Assembly: GCF_000014265.1 (NCBI RefSeq)
Contig: NC_008312.1
Location: forward strand, 180,001 to 212,000
Source: Trichodesmium erythraeum IMS101
GTDB lineage: Bacteria > Cyanobacteriota > Cyanobacteriia > Cyanobacteriales > Microcoleaceae
Length of the DNA: 32,000 bases
Direction: 5' to 3'
Position 1 is the first letter of the stretch. Each line of letters starts with the position of its first letter. The notes beneath the pieces were generated by a model. The model made no database searches, was not told where the DNA came from, and worked only from the letters and a program-made list of their open reading frames with translations. Positions 1 to 8,359 of this stretch are shown here, one piece after another. A program made the position numbers and the translations under genes.

Positions 1-458
1 AGAATTAGAGTTTTGAGAAACGAGAAAAGTTTGGGAGTTATTTTCTGTGTGTGAAGTTAAATGACAATTATTAATTAAGATCGGGTTTTTCTCTAAGGTG
101 GGAGATATTTTGTTTTTAAACTGTTGAGTCGACATACATCCAACAGTTAGGGTGAGCAAAGTTATGGTTACTGTAAAACGTTGAAGCAAATTAATTAGAA
201 TTCCATCTACTACTGTTAGTTTTATTTTCTATCTTAGAGTTTTTGGGTGTGGGAAAATTAAATAATGCTCAAAAACTTACTATATAAAATTTTCAGAATT
301 TCAGGTTCGGAAAAACGCTATCAATATTGACTTAATTTAGGTTTGAGCTATCTTTTTAGCTTAATTCCCAACAACTCTATTTTTTTTCCACATAAGTTTA
401 GGAGTGGCATGATATAAATTGATTAAATTAATTCTAGTCACCTAAATTCCTTTACAAA

Positions 459-1211
459 CTAAACTGCTAAAAATCTTTGGATCACCTCTTGAGTTAGTTC
501 CGTGGTATTTCCTGATGCAACAATTCCTCCCTTCTGCATTGCATAGTATCGGTTTGCTTTCCGTACAAAATGGAGATGTTGTTCTACCAAGAGAACAGAA
601 ATATTTCTACTTTCAATAATATTTCTGAGTGCAGTTTCTATCTCTAAAATAATAGAGGGTTGAATACCTTCAGTTGGTTCATCTAACAAAAGTAAGTTTG
701 GTTTACCCATCAATGCACGAGCGATCGCTAGTTGTTGTTGTTGACCTCCACTCAAGTTTCCTCCCATTCTAAATAACATTGTTTTCAGAGTAGGAAACAA
801 TTCAAATATTTCTTCAGGTATTTCATCCTTTCTTTTTCTACCTTTTTTTCTAGCTTCTAAACCTAACAATAAATTTTCTTTTACTGTCAATCTGGGTATA
901 ATTTCTCTACCTTGGGGTACATAACCAATACCTAAACGAGCCCGTTGGTCCGTTGTCAGTTTAGCAATACCTTTACCCCATAATTTAATTGTTCCTTTCC
1001 GTGGTTTTATTAATCCCATTAATGTTTTTAATAATGTTGTTTTACCCACTCCATTTCTACCAATTAAACATACCATTTCCCCCTGTTTTACACTTAAATC
1101 AACATGACGCAGAATATGACTTTCTCCATAAAATACATTTAAATCGGATATTTGTAGGGCGAAATAATTCAGCTGATTTTTCTCAGTTTTATTCTGGATA
1201 TCAACATTCAT
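459..1211 (-). CDS. urtE: urea ABC transporter ATP-binding protein UrtE (LivF-like)
   Basis: 250-aa ORF with Walker A GRNGVGKTT, ABC signature LSGGQQQ and Walker B LLLLDEP. It is the last gene of a cluster in canonical urtABCDE order. Confidence 0.9.
   Translation of the reverse strand: MNVDIQNKTEKNQLNYFALQISDLNVFYGESHILRHVDLSVKQGEMVCLIGRNGVGKTTLLKTLMGLIKPRKGTIKLWGKGIAKLTTDQRARLGIGYVPQGREIIPRLTVKENLLLGLEARKKGRKRKDEIPEEIFELFPTLKTMLFRMGGNLSGGQQQQLAIARALMGKPNLLLLDEPTEGIQPSIILEIETALRNIIESRNISVLLVEQHLHFVRKANRYYAMQKGGIVASGNTTELTQEVIQRFLAV
721..728. repeat. HIP1 octamer GCGATCGC
   Basis: Exact match, inside urtE. Confidence 0.95.
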
Positions 1212-1333
1212 TTTTTTTATTTTTTTAATTTCTTATTTTAGTCTATAATAAAGTGCTACAAAATTTAACCCTAACTCTTGGCCACCTAAATTATAATACC
1301 GTTTCACAGAAGTTATGTATTAAGATTTTATAA

Positions 1334-1651
1334 ACTCAAAAGGCATCAAAATATGATCGTGATTTCAGAGTAATTAGTCGTCGGGAGCCCACATCTCAAG
1401 TTGACTCAAATTGTGGCTTTAAAGGAGGAAAATTAGATTTATCAATTCATCAATGGGAATGTCCTCATTATGGTACCAAATACGACCACTGCAGAAAATA
1501 CAACAATAAATTATTAGTCACGGCCGGGCAGTCACCAGACAAAAAACGGACAAACCAGGCTAGGGTAGCCCATTCCCATCCCCTCGTTGGGAGGGTAGCA
1601 ACAGAGGTGGGTCCAGCAGCGAATGAAGCCTTAAACCCCCTAAAAGCTTAG
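1334..1651 (+). pseudogene. relic of the 3' end of an IS200/IS605-family tnpB (OrfB/IS1341-type) gene, including the zinc-finger region and the C-terminal/right-end part that normally encodes the omega RNA
   Basis: Stop-free frame without a start codon: KYDRDFRVISRREPTSQVDSNCGFKGGKLDLSIHQWECPHYGTKYDHCRKYNNKLLVTAGQSPD... It matches the TnpB C-terminal pattern (...YGR.L..IDR..PSSQ.CS.CG....L....W.C..CG..HDRD.NAA.NI...). Both CxxC pairs are damaged (C to D, C to Y) and the HDRD motif is lost. GC content is locally higher than in the flanks. Confidence 0.65.
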
Positions 1652-1653
1652 GC

Positions 1654-2427
1654 TCAGTAGGACTCTCTGTGACTAATAGCCGGAGAGGATGTCAGCCCTA
1701 AATAAACTTCTATAACCCTGGGATCATTTTGTACCTCATCCATAGTTCCCTCACAAAGTACAGAGCCTTGATGTAAAACAGTTACTTTTTCGGCTATTTG
1801 ACGCACAAATTCCATATCATGTTCAATCACAATAATTGAATGACTAGAAGCCAAATTTAACAAAATAGAACCAATATTTTCTGTTTCTTCATCAGTCAAA
1901 CCAGCAACAGGTTCATCTATTAATAATAGGTCAGGAGATTGAGCAACTAACATACCTATTTCTAAACGTTGTTTTTCACCATGAGATAAAAAAGCAGCCT
2001 TAATATTTGCTCTTCCAATTAAACCTATTGTTTCCAATAAACCAGCTACACTTCTAATTTCTGCTGCCGGAATTTTACGAAATAAAGTAGCAATTACTCC
2101 TTTATGACGATTAATAACTAAATCTAAGTTTTCTCTAACAGTTAAATTCAGATATACTCTGGGTGTTTGAAACTTACGCCCAATTCCCATACAAGCTCTT
2201 TTATATTCTGGAATTTTAATTAAATTTTTACCTCTAAATAATACTTTTCCTGTTGTTGGTTTAACTTGACCAGTAATCACATCTAAAAAAGTAGTTTTTC
2301 CGGCTCCATTCGGACCAATAATAAATCGTAATTCACCAGTATCCATGGTAAAATTTAGTTTATTCAGAGCCTTAAAATTATCAAAAATAACAGTTAAATT
2401 TTGAATTTCTAAAATTTTTTCTACCAC
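1654..2427 (-). CDS. urtD: urea ABC transporter ATP-binding protein UrtD (LivG-like)
   Basis: 257-aa ORF with Walker A GPNGAGKTT, signature LSHGEKQRLEIG and Walker B LLLIDEP. It overlaps the urtC stop by 7 nt. The unusual C-terminal tail after ...VIEVYLG is discussed in findings. Confidence 0.9.
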   Translation of the reverse strand: MVEKILEIQNLTVIFDNFKALNKLNFTMDTGELRFIIGPNGAGKTTFLDVITGQVKPTTGKVLFRGKNLIKIPEYKRACMGIGRKFQTPRVYLNLTVRENLDLVINRHKGVIATLFRKIPAAEIRSVAGLLETIGLIGRANIKAAFLSHGEKQRLEIGMLVAQSPDLLLIDEPVAGLTDEETENIGSILLNLASSHSIIVIEHDMEFVRQIAEKVTVLHQGSVLCEGTMDEVQNDPRVIEVYLGLTSSPAISHRESY

Positions 2428-3602
2428 TTCTTTTTTACCTCATCTGAACCTAATTGTTGTTTTTCTACTTCTTCCCTTTCTACCTGAACTTCTGGATTTT
2501 TATCTATATTAGGGTAGGTCATAATTGACTGAGAGTAACCAAGAAGCGATCGCAACTTTAACCAACCATATTCTTGCCACCAACCAACAATTCCATTAGG
2601 TAATATTGTCACAACTAATAAAAATAATACTCCTTGAAAAAATAACCATATTTCCGGAAATTTTTCACTTAAAAAAGTACGCCCAAAATTAACTAATAAT
2701 GTGGCAATAATTGCACCAACTAAAGTTCCTCTACCTCCCACAGCTACCCAAATAACCATTTCAATTGAAAAAGCTACTTCCATATAACTAGGGGTAACAA
2801 TACCACTTTGAACTGTATATAATGCTCCAGAAATTCCGGCAATAGCACCGGAAATAGCAAATACTAAAACTTTAAATTGGGTGGGATTATATCCAGAAAA
2901 TCTTACCCTAGTTTCATCATCTCTAATAGCAATTAATAGGCGACCAAACCTACCACTGGTTAGCCAACGACAAATCAAATAAATAATAATAACACTAATA
3001 ATTGTCACTTCATAAAATATTAATTGTGCTTGTTCTGATCCTGCTAAAATACCGAAAAATTTTTCTATATCTGTTTTTAAACCGTTTGTACCATTAATTA
3101 GTTTTTGTTGACCGTTGAAGAAGTTAAAAAATACTAGTAAAGCTGCTTGAGTAATAATAGAAAAGTAAACTCCTTTAATCCGATTTTTAAATACTAGATA
3201 ACCGAGAATTGCCGCAGTGACAGCCGGAATAATTATAATTGCTAAAATTGTTAGAGGAAATGAGTGAAAAGGCTGCCAAAATATAGGAAGTTTTTCTACA
3301 CCATAAAGAGTAAAAAATTCTGGTAATTCTCCTTCTGGTAATTGTAGTTTTAGGTGCATTGCTAAAGCATAACCTCCTAGTGCAAAAAATATGCCATGAC
3401 CTAAACTTAATAAACCAGTATAACCCCATATTAAATCTATACCTAAAGCTACAATTGTTAGAGAGAGAAAACGCCCTAATAATTTTAGTCTAAATCCTGA
3501 TAAAGCTAATGGCATTATGATAGCAAAGATTACAGCTATCACTACTATTATGCCAGTTTGAGTTAATAATTTTCTATGTTGACTTTTAAGCTTTAAAATC
3601 AT
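2421..3602 (-). CDS. urtC: urea ABC transporter permease UrtC (LivM-like)
   Basis: Multi-TM protein with the motif GIDLIWGYTGLLSLGHGIFFALGGYA. The open frame runs up to 3797, but its first 65 codons lie in a dispersed intergenic repeat. I therefore place the start at the ATG at 3602 (MILKLKSQHRK...), giving 393 aa. Confidence 0.8.
   Translation of the reverse strand: MILKLKSQHRKLLTQTGIIVVIAVIFAIIMPLALSGFRLKLLGRFLSLTIVALGIDLIWGYTGLLSLGHGIFFALGGYALAMHLKLQLPEGELPEFFTLYGVEKLPIFWQPFHSFPLTILAIIIIPAVTAAILGYLVFKNRIKGVYFSIITQAALLVFFNFFNGQQKLINGTNGLKTDIEKFFGILAGSEQAQLIFYEVTIISVIIIYLICRWLTSGRFGRLLIAIRDDETRVRFSGYNPTQFKVLVFAISGAIAGISGALYTVQSGIVTPSYMEVAFSIEMVIWVAVGGRGTLVGAIIATLLVNFGRTFLSEKFPEIWLFFQGVLFLLVVTILPNGIVGWWQEYGWLKLRSLLGYSQSIMTYPNIDKNPEVQVEREEVEKQQLGSDEVKKKW
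2546..2553. repeat. HIP1 octamer GCGATCGC
   Basis: Exact match, inside urtC. Confidence 0.95.
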
Positions 3603-3703
3603 ATTTTTGATTAACAATTTGTGGTTGTTATATTTAGCAATTATATCGGAAAAGTGAGAACTATGGGCAGCACTTATGGAGGATACAGAAGGCAAAAAAA
3701 ACA

Positions 3704-3773
3704 GGATTTGGAGCTTTTTTGTAAGAAAGCTGATGATTTTATATTTAGGATTTAGGATTGCTATATATATAGC
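3704..3773 (+). repeat. dispersed intergenic repeat family R1, copy A (GGATTTGGAGC...GTAAGAAAGCTGATGATTTT...AGGATTGCTATATATATAGC)
   Basis: By-eye alignment to the reverse complement of 5769..5836, and partially to 6122..6184, 27054..27106 and 8175..8203. Confidence 0.75.
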
Positions 3774-3891
3774 AGAAACTTGCTTATAGATTGTCACAAT
3801 TCCATAAGTAGAAATAAATTTATCAGCTCTTGCCCATTGACTATTTTCTGTTCTCTATTGTTAAAAATATGGTAATATTTTAGAGGAAAAT

Positions 3892-3909
3892 AAAATAGGA
3901 TTACTATAG
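3892..3909 (+). repeat. short R1-core copy (AAAATAGGATTACTATAG)
   Basis: Matches the R1 core AAATAGGATTGCTATA with one mismatch. Confidence 0.4.
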
Positions 3910-4246
3910 TGTTTTCTTACTTATTTAGGTTCAGTTATTTTTCTGAAGTTTTATTTTTACACAATAGGAATTATACCAAATCTGTTTTCAACAGAACCAA
4001 TATTTATCAAGGTAAGGTACTTATGAGTCAGGCAGGGGACAGAAGGGTTAGAACGGAATAAAAAAACGTGGTTTTGATAATCTGATTTGCTATTACTAAT
4101 CTGTAAAAAAATTGCATGGAATATATCTGCTCAAAAAGACGAATTTTGTACTCAAATTTAGATATAATAATTACTATGGATATAAATTTTTGTAGAAAAA
4201 CTTTCCTAGTTTAGTAGGTACTTTTAATTCAATATTTACCCAAAAA

Positions 4247-5407
4247 CTATAATTCTACTCCTCGACCTTTTTGCGGGAATAAACCTGCTGGTTTAAGTTG
4301 TAAAAAAACAATAATTAAAACAAATACTATTACTTTTGCCATAGAAGTAGTTGCAAAAAAATTAAATAAGTCAGTCAAAAATTTGAAACTGTCCGTATTT
4401 CCCAAAATTAAAGCTATAGCTCCTGAACCAATCAAATAATTAATAATACCAATTCCCATAGCAGCAATGACAGTACCAAATAAATTACCTACTCCACCAA
4501 CTACTACTACCATAAAAGCATCTACTATATAATTCTGTCCCGTATTTGGACCAACTGAACCTAATAATGTAATTGCACAACCAGCAATTCCGGCTAATCC
4601 TGAACCTAAAAAGAATGTAATACTATCAACCTGATTTGTTGGGATACCTAGACAAGCACTCATGCTTCTATTCTGAGTAACAGCTTTAATTCTTAAACCC
4701 CAATTTGATTGGTTCAAAAATAAGTAAATTCCTAGCAAACTTATAGCAGTTAAGATAATAATAAATACGCGAGAGTAAGGTAATTGAAAATCACCAATAG
4801 GTAATCCGCCTTGTAACCAAATAGGAGCAGTAACATCAATATTTCTAGAACTAAACCAAGGTTTTACTAATTTAGGATTTGTTAATAAAAATCCGCAAGT
4901 AATAGAAATTCCTAAAGACAAGAAAAAAATAATTGCTCTTGCTAAATTTTTAATTTTATCCCAATCAGACCGACGTTTTTTAAGAAAGTAAAGATTCCCA
5001 AAATATAAAATACAAAAAATTGTTATACCAATAATTAAAACTCCATTTACACTCCGTACAAATTGACGCAAAATCAGACTAACTCCCCAAGTTGCTAGTA
5101 GAGTTTCTGAAGGTCTACCATAGAGAAAACGTATTACGCTTTTTTCTAAAATTAAACCAGCGATCCCTACAACTATAAATGCAATAGGAATAGTCAAAAA
5201 AATATAAATATTAGCAATAGGTTTACCTATACTATTACAAATATTTTGAACTACAAAAGTCGTATAAGCACCTAACATTATTAATTCACCATGGGCTAAG
5301 TTAATTACTCCCATTAGTCCAAAAATAATGGCTAATCCTAGAGCGACTATTAACAAAACTGAACCAATACTAATACCGTTAAATATAGCTATTAATAATT
5401 CTTGCAT
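4247..5407 (-). CDS. urtB: urea ABC transporter permease UrtB (LivH-like)
   Basis: 386-aa multi-TM ORF. The N-terminus MQELLIAIFNGISIGSVLLIVALGLAIIFGLMGVINLAHGE is typical of LivH/UrtB permeases, and the gene sits in the expected position in the urt cluster. Confidence 0.9.
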   Translation of the reverse strand: MQELLIAIFNGISIGSVLLIVALGLAIIFGLMGVINLAHGELIMLGAYTTFVVQNICNSIGKPIANIYIFLTIPIAFIVVGIAGLILEKSVIRFLYGRPSETLLATWGVSLILRQFVRSVNGVLIIGITIFCILYFGNLYFLKKRRSDWDKIKNLARAIIFFLSLGISITCGFLLTNPKLVKPWFSSRNIDVTAPIWLQGGLPIGDFQLPYSRVFIIILTAISLLGIYLFLNQSNWGLRIKAVTQNRSMSACLGIPTNQVDSITFFLGSGLAGIAGCAITLLGSVGPNTGQNYIVDAFMVVVVGGVGNLFGTVIAAMGIGIINYLIGSGAIALILGNTDSFKFLTDLFNFFATTSMAKVIVFVLIIVFLQLKPAGLFPQKGRGVEL

Positions 5408-5424
5408 TACAATTAGGGGTGAGT

Positions 5425-5642
5425 TTTTAGGAAATAGGGAAAATGGTCACAAGGAAAGGACAACAGATACCTTATAAGACCTTCAGCAATAGGGAAAATT
5501 GGAAAACTAAATATTTATGCTCTCCTGGCTATTTTATGAATACCAAATAAGGAATTAAATTACATCAAGTATTACAGCAATTGTTAAGATAGTGAGGTTA
5601 AATTTTATCTCCATCTTTTTACCTATTTCCTATTTCCTAAAA
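5425..5642. repeat. long-range inverted repeat (arms about 5425..5446 and 5622..5642, 14 nt exact: TTTTAGGAAATAGG / CCTATTTCCTAAAA), possibly MITE-like or an RNA stem
   Basis: Arms read directly from the sequence. The proximal arm ends 18 nt upstream of the urtB ATG. Related AGGAATAGGGAA motifs recur near 22085, 27041 and 29168. Confidence 0.6.
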
Positions 5643-5644
5643 CC

Positions 5645-5658
5645 GTAAATAGTTGTAC
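5645..5658. promoter_or_regulatory. sequence matching the NtcA-box consensus GTA-N8-TAC (GTAAATAGTTGTAC)
   Basis: Exact match to the palindromic consensus, located in the urtA-urtB spacer. urt operons are NtcA-regulated in model cyanobacteria. I saw no convincing TAN3T -10 box at the canonical 22-nt distance, and matches to this motif are expected several times by chance in AT-rich DNA. Confidence 0.2.
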
Positions 5659-5768
5659 CTCATTGGATTAAAAACTGCTGTAAATCTACAGAGTCAGACC
5701 ATATTTTCAATAAACTAGGGAAAGTTATAAATAAACCTAGTCCTATTATGCTTATTGACAATTGATTT

Positions 5769-5836
5769 TATATATATAGCAATTCTAAATTCTGCATAGA
5801 AAATGATAAGCCTTCTGAAAAGAATAGCTCCAAATC
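5769..5836 (-). repeat. dispersed intergenic repeat family R1, copy B (inverted relative to copy A)
   Basis: TATATATATAGCAATTCTAAATTCTGCATAGAAAATGATAAGCCTTCTGAAAAGAATAGCTCCAAATC aligns along its whole length with the reverse complement of 3704..3773. Confidence 0.75.
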
Positions 5837-5919
5837 TTAGTTCCTGCTACCTTCAAGCCATCCATTGATTTTACTCTTCAGATAGGATTTAAATAGGTTT
5901 TAATATTTGATTTAACGCT

Positions 5920-5964
5920 GTTTAGTTTCCAAAGCTAAGTGAAAACGGGACTTGGAAACTAAAC
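5920..5964. other. perfect 13-bp stem-loop (GTTTAGTTTCCAA, 19-nt loop, TTGGAAACTAAAC)
   Basis: Arms 5920..5932 and 5952..5964 are exact reverse complements. The structure lies in the urtA-urtB spacer with no adjacent T-run on either strand. Confidence 0.7.
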
Positions 5965-6121
5965 CTCTAAAGTTTTATTATCACATTTTATTATTGATTA
6001 TTATATAGTGTTCATTAAACTCAATAAACACTTCTATTAACTCCAAATAGGTTGTGACAACTCAAGAACTAGAAATCAAATTTGAAACTATTATTAATTA
6101 CCTATTGACTCTAAACTATTA

Positions 6122-6184
6122 TCTCAAAAAGCAGTAAAATTTTACACACAAATAAAATAAAAATAGGATGGCTATATATATATA
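6122..6184 (+). repeat. dispersed intergenic repeat family R1, copy C (3' two-thirds only)
   Basis: TCTCAAAAAGCAGTAAAATTTT...AAATAGGATGGCTATATATATATA parallels GTAAGAAAGCTGATGATTTT...TTTAGGATTGCTATATATATA of copy A. Confidence 0.55.
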
Positions 6185-6489
6185 ATTAAATGCATTTAAC
6201 CTGCTGTAAATATTAATAATTACTAATTATTATGGAGTTTCCTAAGTGAAATTTATGAGAAATATTAATATCAGGATTCAGCTATCAGCTTTTAGCCTTA
6301 AACTAGATTATAATTACTAAGTATTGTATTTAAAAAAAAATTATTCTTCCTCTATTTAAGATAATTTATAAAATAAATAGAAGCAACTTAATTAATATAA
6401 TTTTTCTACAACAAATCCTTACTTAATTCATCAAAATTTTGAGAGCTAATTACTAAAAATTAAATGCTTAATTGTTAACTATTAACTGT

Positions 6490-7761
6490 TTAAGTTTTAA
6501 ATTTACCGCCTTTGTTAGGGTCACTCCAATCACAACTAAATCCCTTAGTTGCTGGCACAAATTGATTCCAGGGTACAGGTGCAATGGGTTTTTTAGTAGA
6601 CCAAACTATATTAAATAAACCATCATCACGAACTTGACCTATTCTTACAGTCTTAGAAATATGATGATTAACATTCATCGTAACCAAACCTTCAGGAGCA
6701 TCAAAAGTTTGTCCGATAGCCGCTATTCTTACTGCTTCCAAATTATCAGCTGTACCAGCCTTCTCTACTGCTTGCTTCCAAAGATAAACCATAATATAAG
6801 CAGCTTCCATCGGGTCATTTGTAACTCGGTCTGTACCATATTTTGCTTTAAAACTTTCCACCCATTTTTTATTAGTTTCTGTCTCAACAGTTTGGAAATA
6901 ATTCCAAGCAGCATAATGACCTACAAGAAAATCTTTACCAATTTGTCTAACTTCTTCCTCAGCAATACTCACCGACATAACAGGGTATTTTTCAGGAGTA
7001 ATACCAGTGCTTTTTAACTGCTTAAAAAATGCCACATTACTATCGCCATTAAGACTATTAAAAATTACTCCACCATTAGGTAAAGCTTGTTTAATTTTAG
7101 TAATAATTGGAGTAACTTCTGTATTTCCTAAAGGTAAATAATCTTCACCAATAGTCGTACCTCCTTTAGCCTTTAACTGCTCTTTAATAATTGTATTTGC
7201 AGTACGAGGAAAAACATAATCAGAACCAACTAAGAAAAATTCTTTTCCCTTATTTTCTAATAACCAATTTACAGCAGGTTCAATTTGTTGGTTAGGAGCA
7301 GCACCTGTATAAAAAATATTTTTGGAGCATTCTTGACCCTCATATTGGACGGGATACCAAAGCATATGATTCTTAGATTCAAAAACAGGCAAAACTGACT
7401 TCCGGGAAGCAGAAGTCCAACAACCAAAAACAGTAACTACCTGGTCTTGATCGATAAGTTTATTTGCCTTTTCTGCAAAAGTTGGCCAGTCAGAAGCACC
7501 ATCTTCGACAATTGCTTCTATTTGCTTACCTAATACACCACCAGCAGCATTTATTTCTTCAATTGCTAATTTTTCAGCTTCAACTACTGTAGTTTCGCTA
7601 ATTGCCATTGTGCCACTGAGAGAATGGAGAATACCTACTTTAATTTTGTCATCTTTAGTTGTGGTATTATTATTATTACTACAAGATTTGAGAAAAATAC
7701 TGGTACCTAGAGCAGCCGAACTATAAATTAAGAATTTCCTACGTTTTAATCCTTTATTCAT
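6490..7761 (-). CDS. urtA: urea ABC transporter substrate-binding lipoprotein UrtA
   Basis: 423-aa ORF. The N-terminus has RRKFL plus the lipobox LKSC. The periplasmic binding fold is LivK/amide-urea type ([26 protein letters not shown]). It is the first gene of the urt cluster. Confidence 0.9.
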   Translation of the reverse strand: MNKGLKRRKFLIYSSAALGTSIFLKSCSNNNNTTTKDDKIKVGILHSLSGTMAISETTVVEAEKLAIEEINAAGGVLGKQIEAIVEDGASDWPTFAEKANKLIDQDQVVTVFGCWTSASRKSVLPVFESKNHMLWYPVQYEGQECSKNIFYTGAAPNQQIEPAVNWLLENKGKEFFLVGSDYVFPRTANTIIKEQLKAKGGTTIGEDYLPLGNTEVTPIITKIKQALPNGGVIFNSLNGDSNVAFFKQLKSTGITPEKYPVMSVSIAEEEVRQIGKDFLVGHYAAWNYFQTVETETNKKWVESFKAKYGTDRVTNDPMEAAYIMVYLWKQAVEKAGTADNLEAVRIAAIGQTFDAPEGLVTMNVNHHISKTVRIGQVRDDGLFNIVWSTKKPIAPVPWNQFVPATKGFSCDWSDPNKGGKFKT

Positions 7762-8174
7762 AAAAATAGAACTCTACTATGATGAATTACAAACTTAACT
7801 GTACTATAATTAATGACAAATTAAACTTGATTATCAATAATTATGCAATACCACTATATATGGTGTGTTTTACTGATTAATTCCTATTATTTAAACTACA
7901 ATTAGTTCCTTGGCGTAAATGATGTGAATAGTATAGTTTCGTAGTTCATATATGATGGAAAATAATAATTAATTTGTCTATATTTATCTACTGTTAATAC
8001 TACTAAAATTTTCAATTAAAAAAAAGATTAAGAACTGAAAAACATTAATTTCTCCAAGTAGCTCTCAATCTTAATTTGATATATCGAAAACTGAATAATA
8101 TCCCCTTCTCCTAATTTTTAACCAAATAATGAAGTTGTTTTTTTTGTAACTTTGATTTTTTTTTCAAAGCATAA

Positions 8175-8203
8175 TATATAGCCCTTAGTCTGACTCCAAA
8201 TTT
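8175..8203 (-). repeat. truncated R1 copy E (TATATAGCCCTTAGTCTGACTCCAAATTT)
   Basis: Keeps both R1 end modules (TATATAGC... and ...CTCCAAAT) but lacks the middle section. Confidence 0.4.
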
Positions 8204-8359
8204 GTTAGCTTTATCTATTAATCTCTATTTCTAAACCTTCTCTAAAATATATTTAGAAGGCTTTCCCATTTAATTTTCAATTTTGGTAAAACTATCGACA
8301 TTTTCTAAATAATCAATTGCTCTTTTATTTAAGTCTAAACTGCAAGAAATTTGAGAATA

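Noticed and set aside
119-148. Hairpin AACTGTTG, 14-nt loop, CAACAGTT downstream of urtE
   Set aside because: There is no U-run after the stem on either strand and the stem is short. It may be an STRR-like CAACAGT repeat pair rather than a terminator.
989-1228. 79-aa plus-strand ORF
   Set aside because: It lies entirely antisense to the well-supported urtE gene. The peptide is low-complexity and Phe/Leu-rich, as expected from the mirror frame of an AT-rich gene.
3187-3429. 80-aa minus-strand ORF inside urtC
   Set aside because: It overlaps urtC in a different frame and has no independent support.
3603-3797. N-terminal 65 codons of the 458-aa urtC ORF
   Set aside because: This part is encoded by the dispersed R1 repeat and AT-rich spacer and has no permease-like sequence. 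UrtC-like sequence begins after the internal ATG at 3602.
6634-7017. 127-aa plus-strand ORF
   Set aside because: Antisense to urtA, with a composition-driven open frame.
7762-8359. NtcA box upstream of urtA
   Set aside because: There is no exact GTA-N8-TAC. The best candidates are GTATAGTTTCGTAG (7930..7943) and GTAAAACTATCGAC (8286..8299). Each deviates in the second half-site and lacks a properly spaced -10 box.
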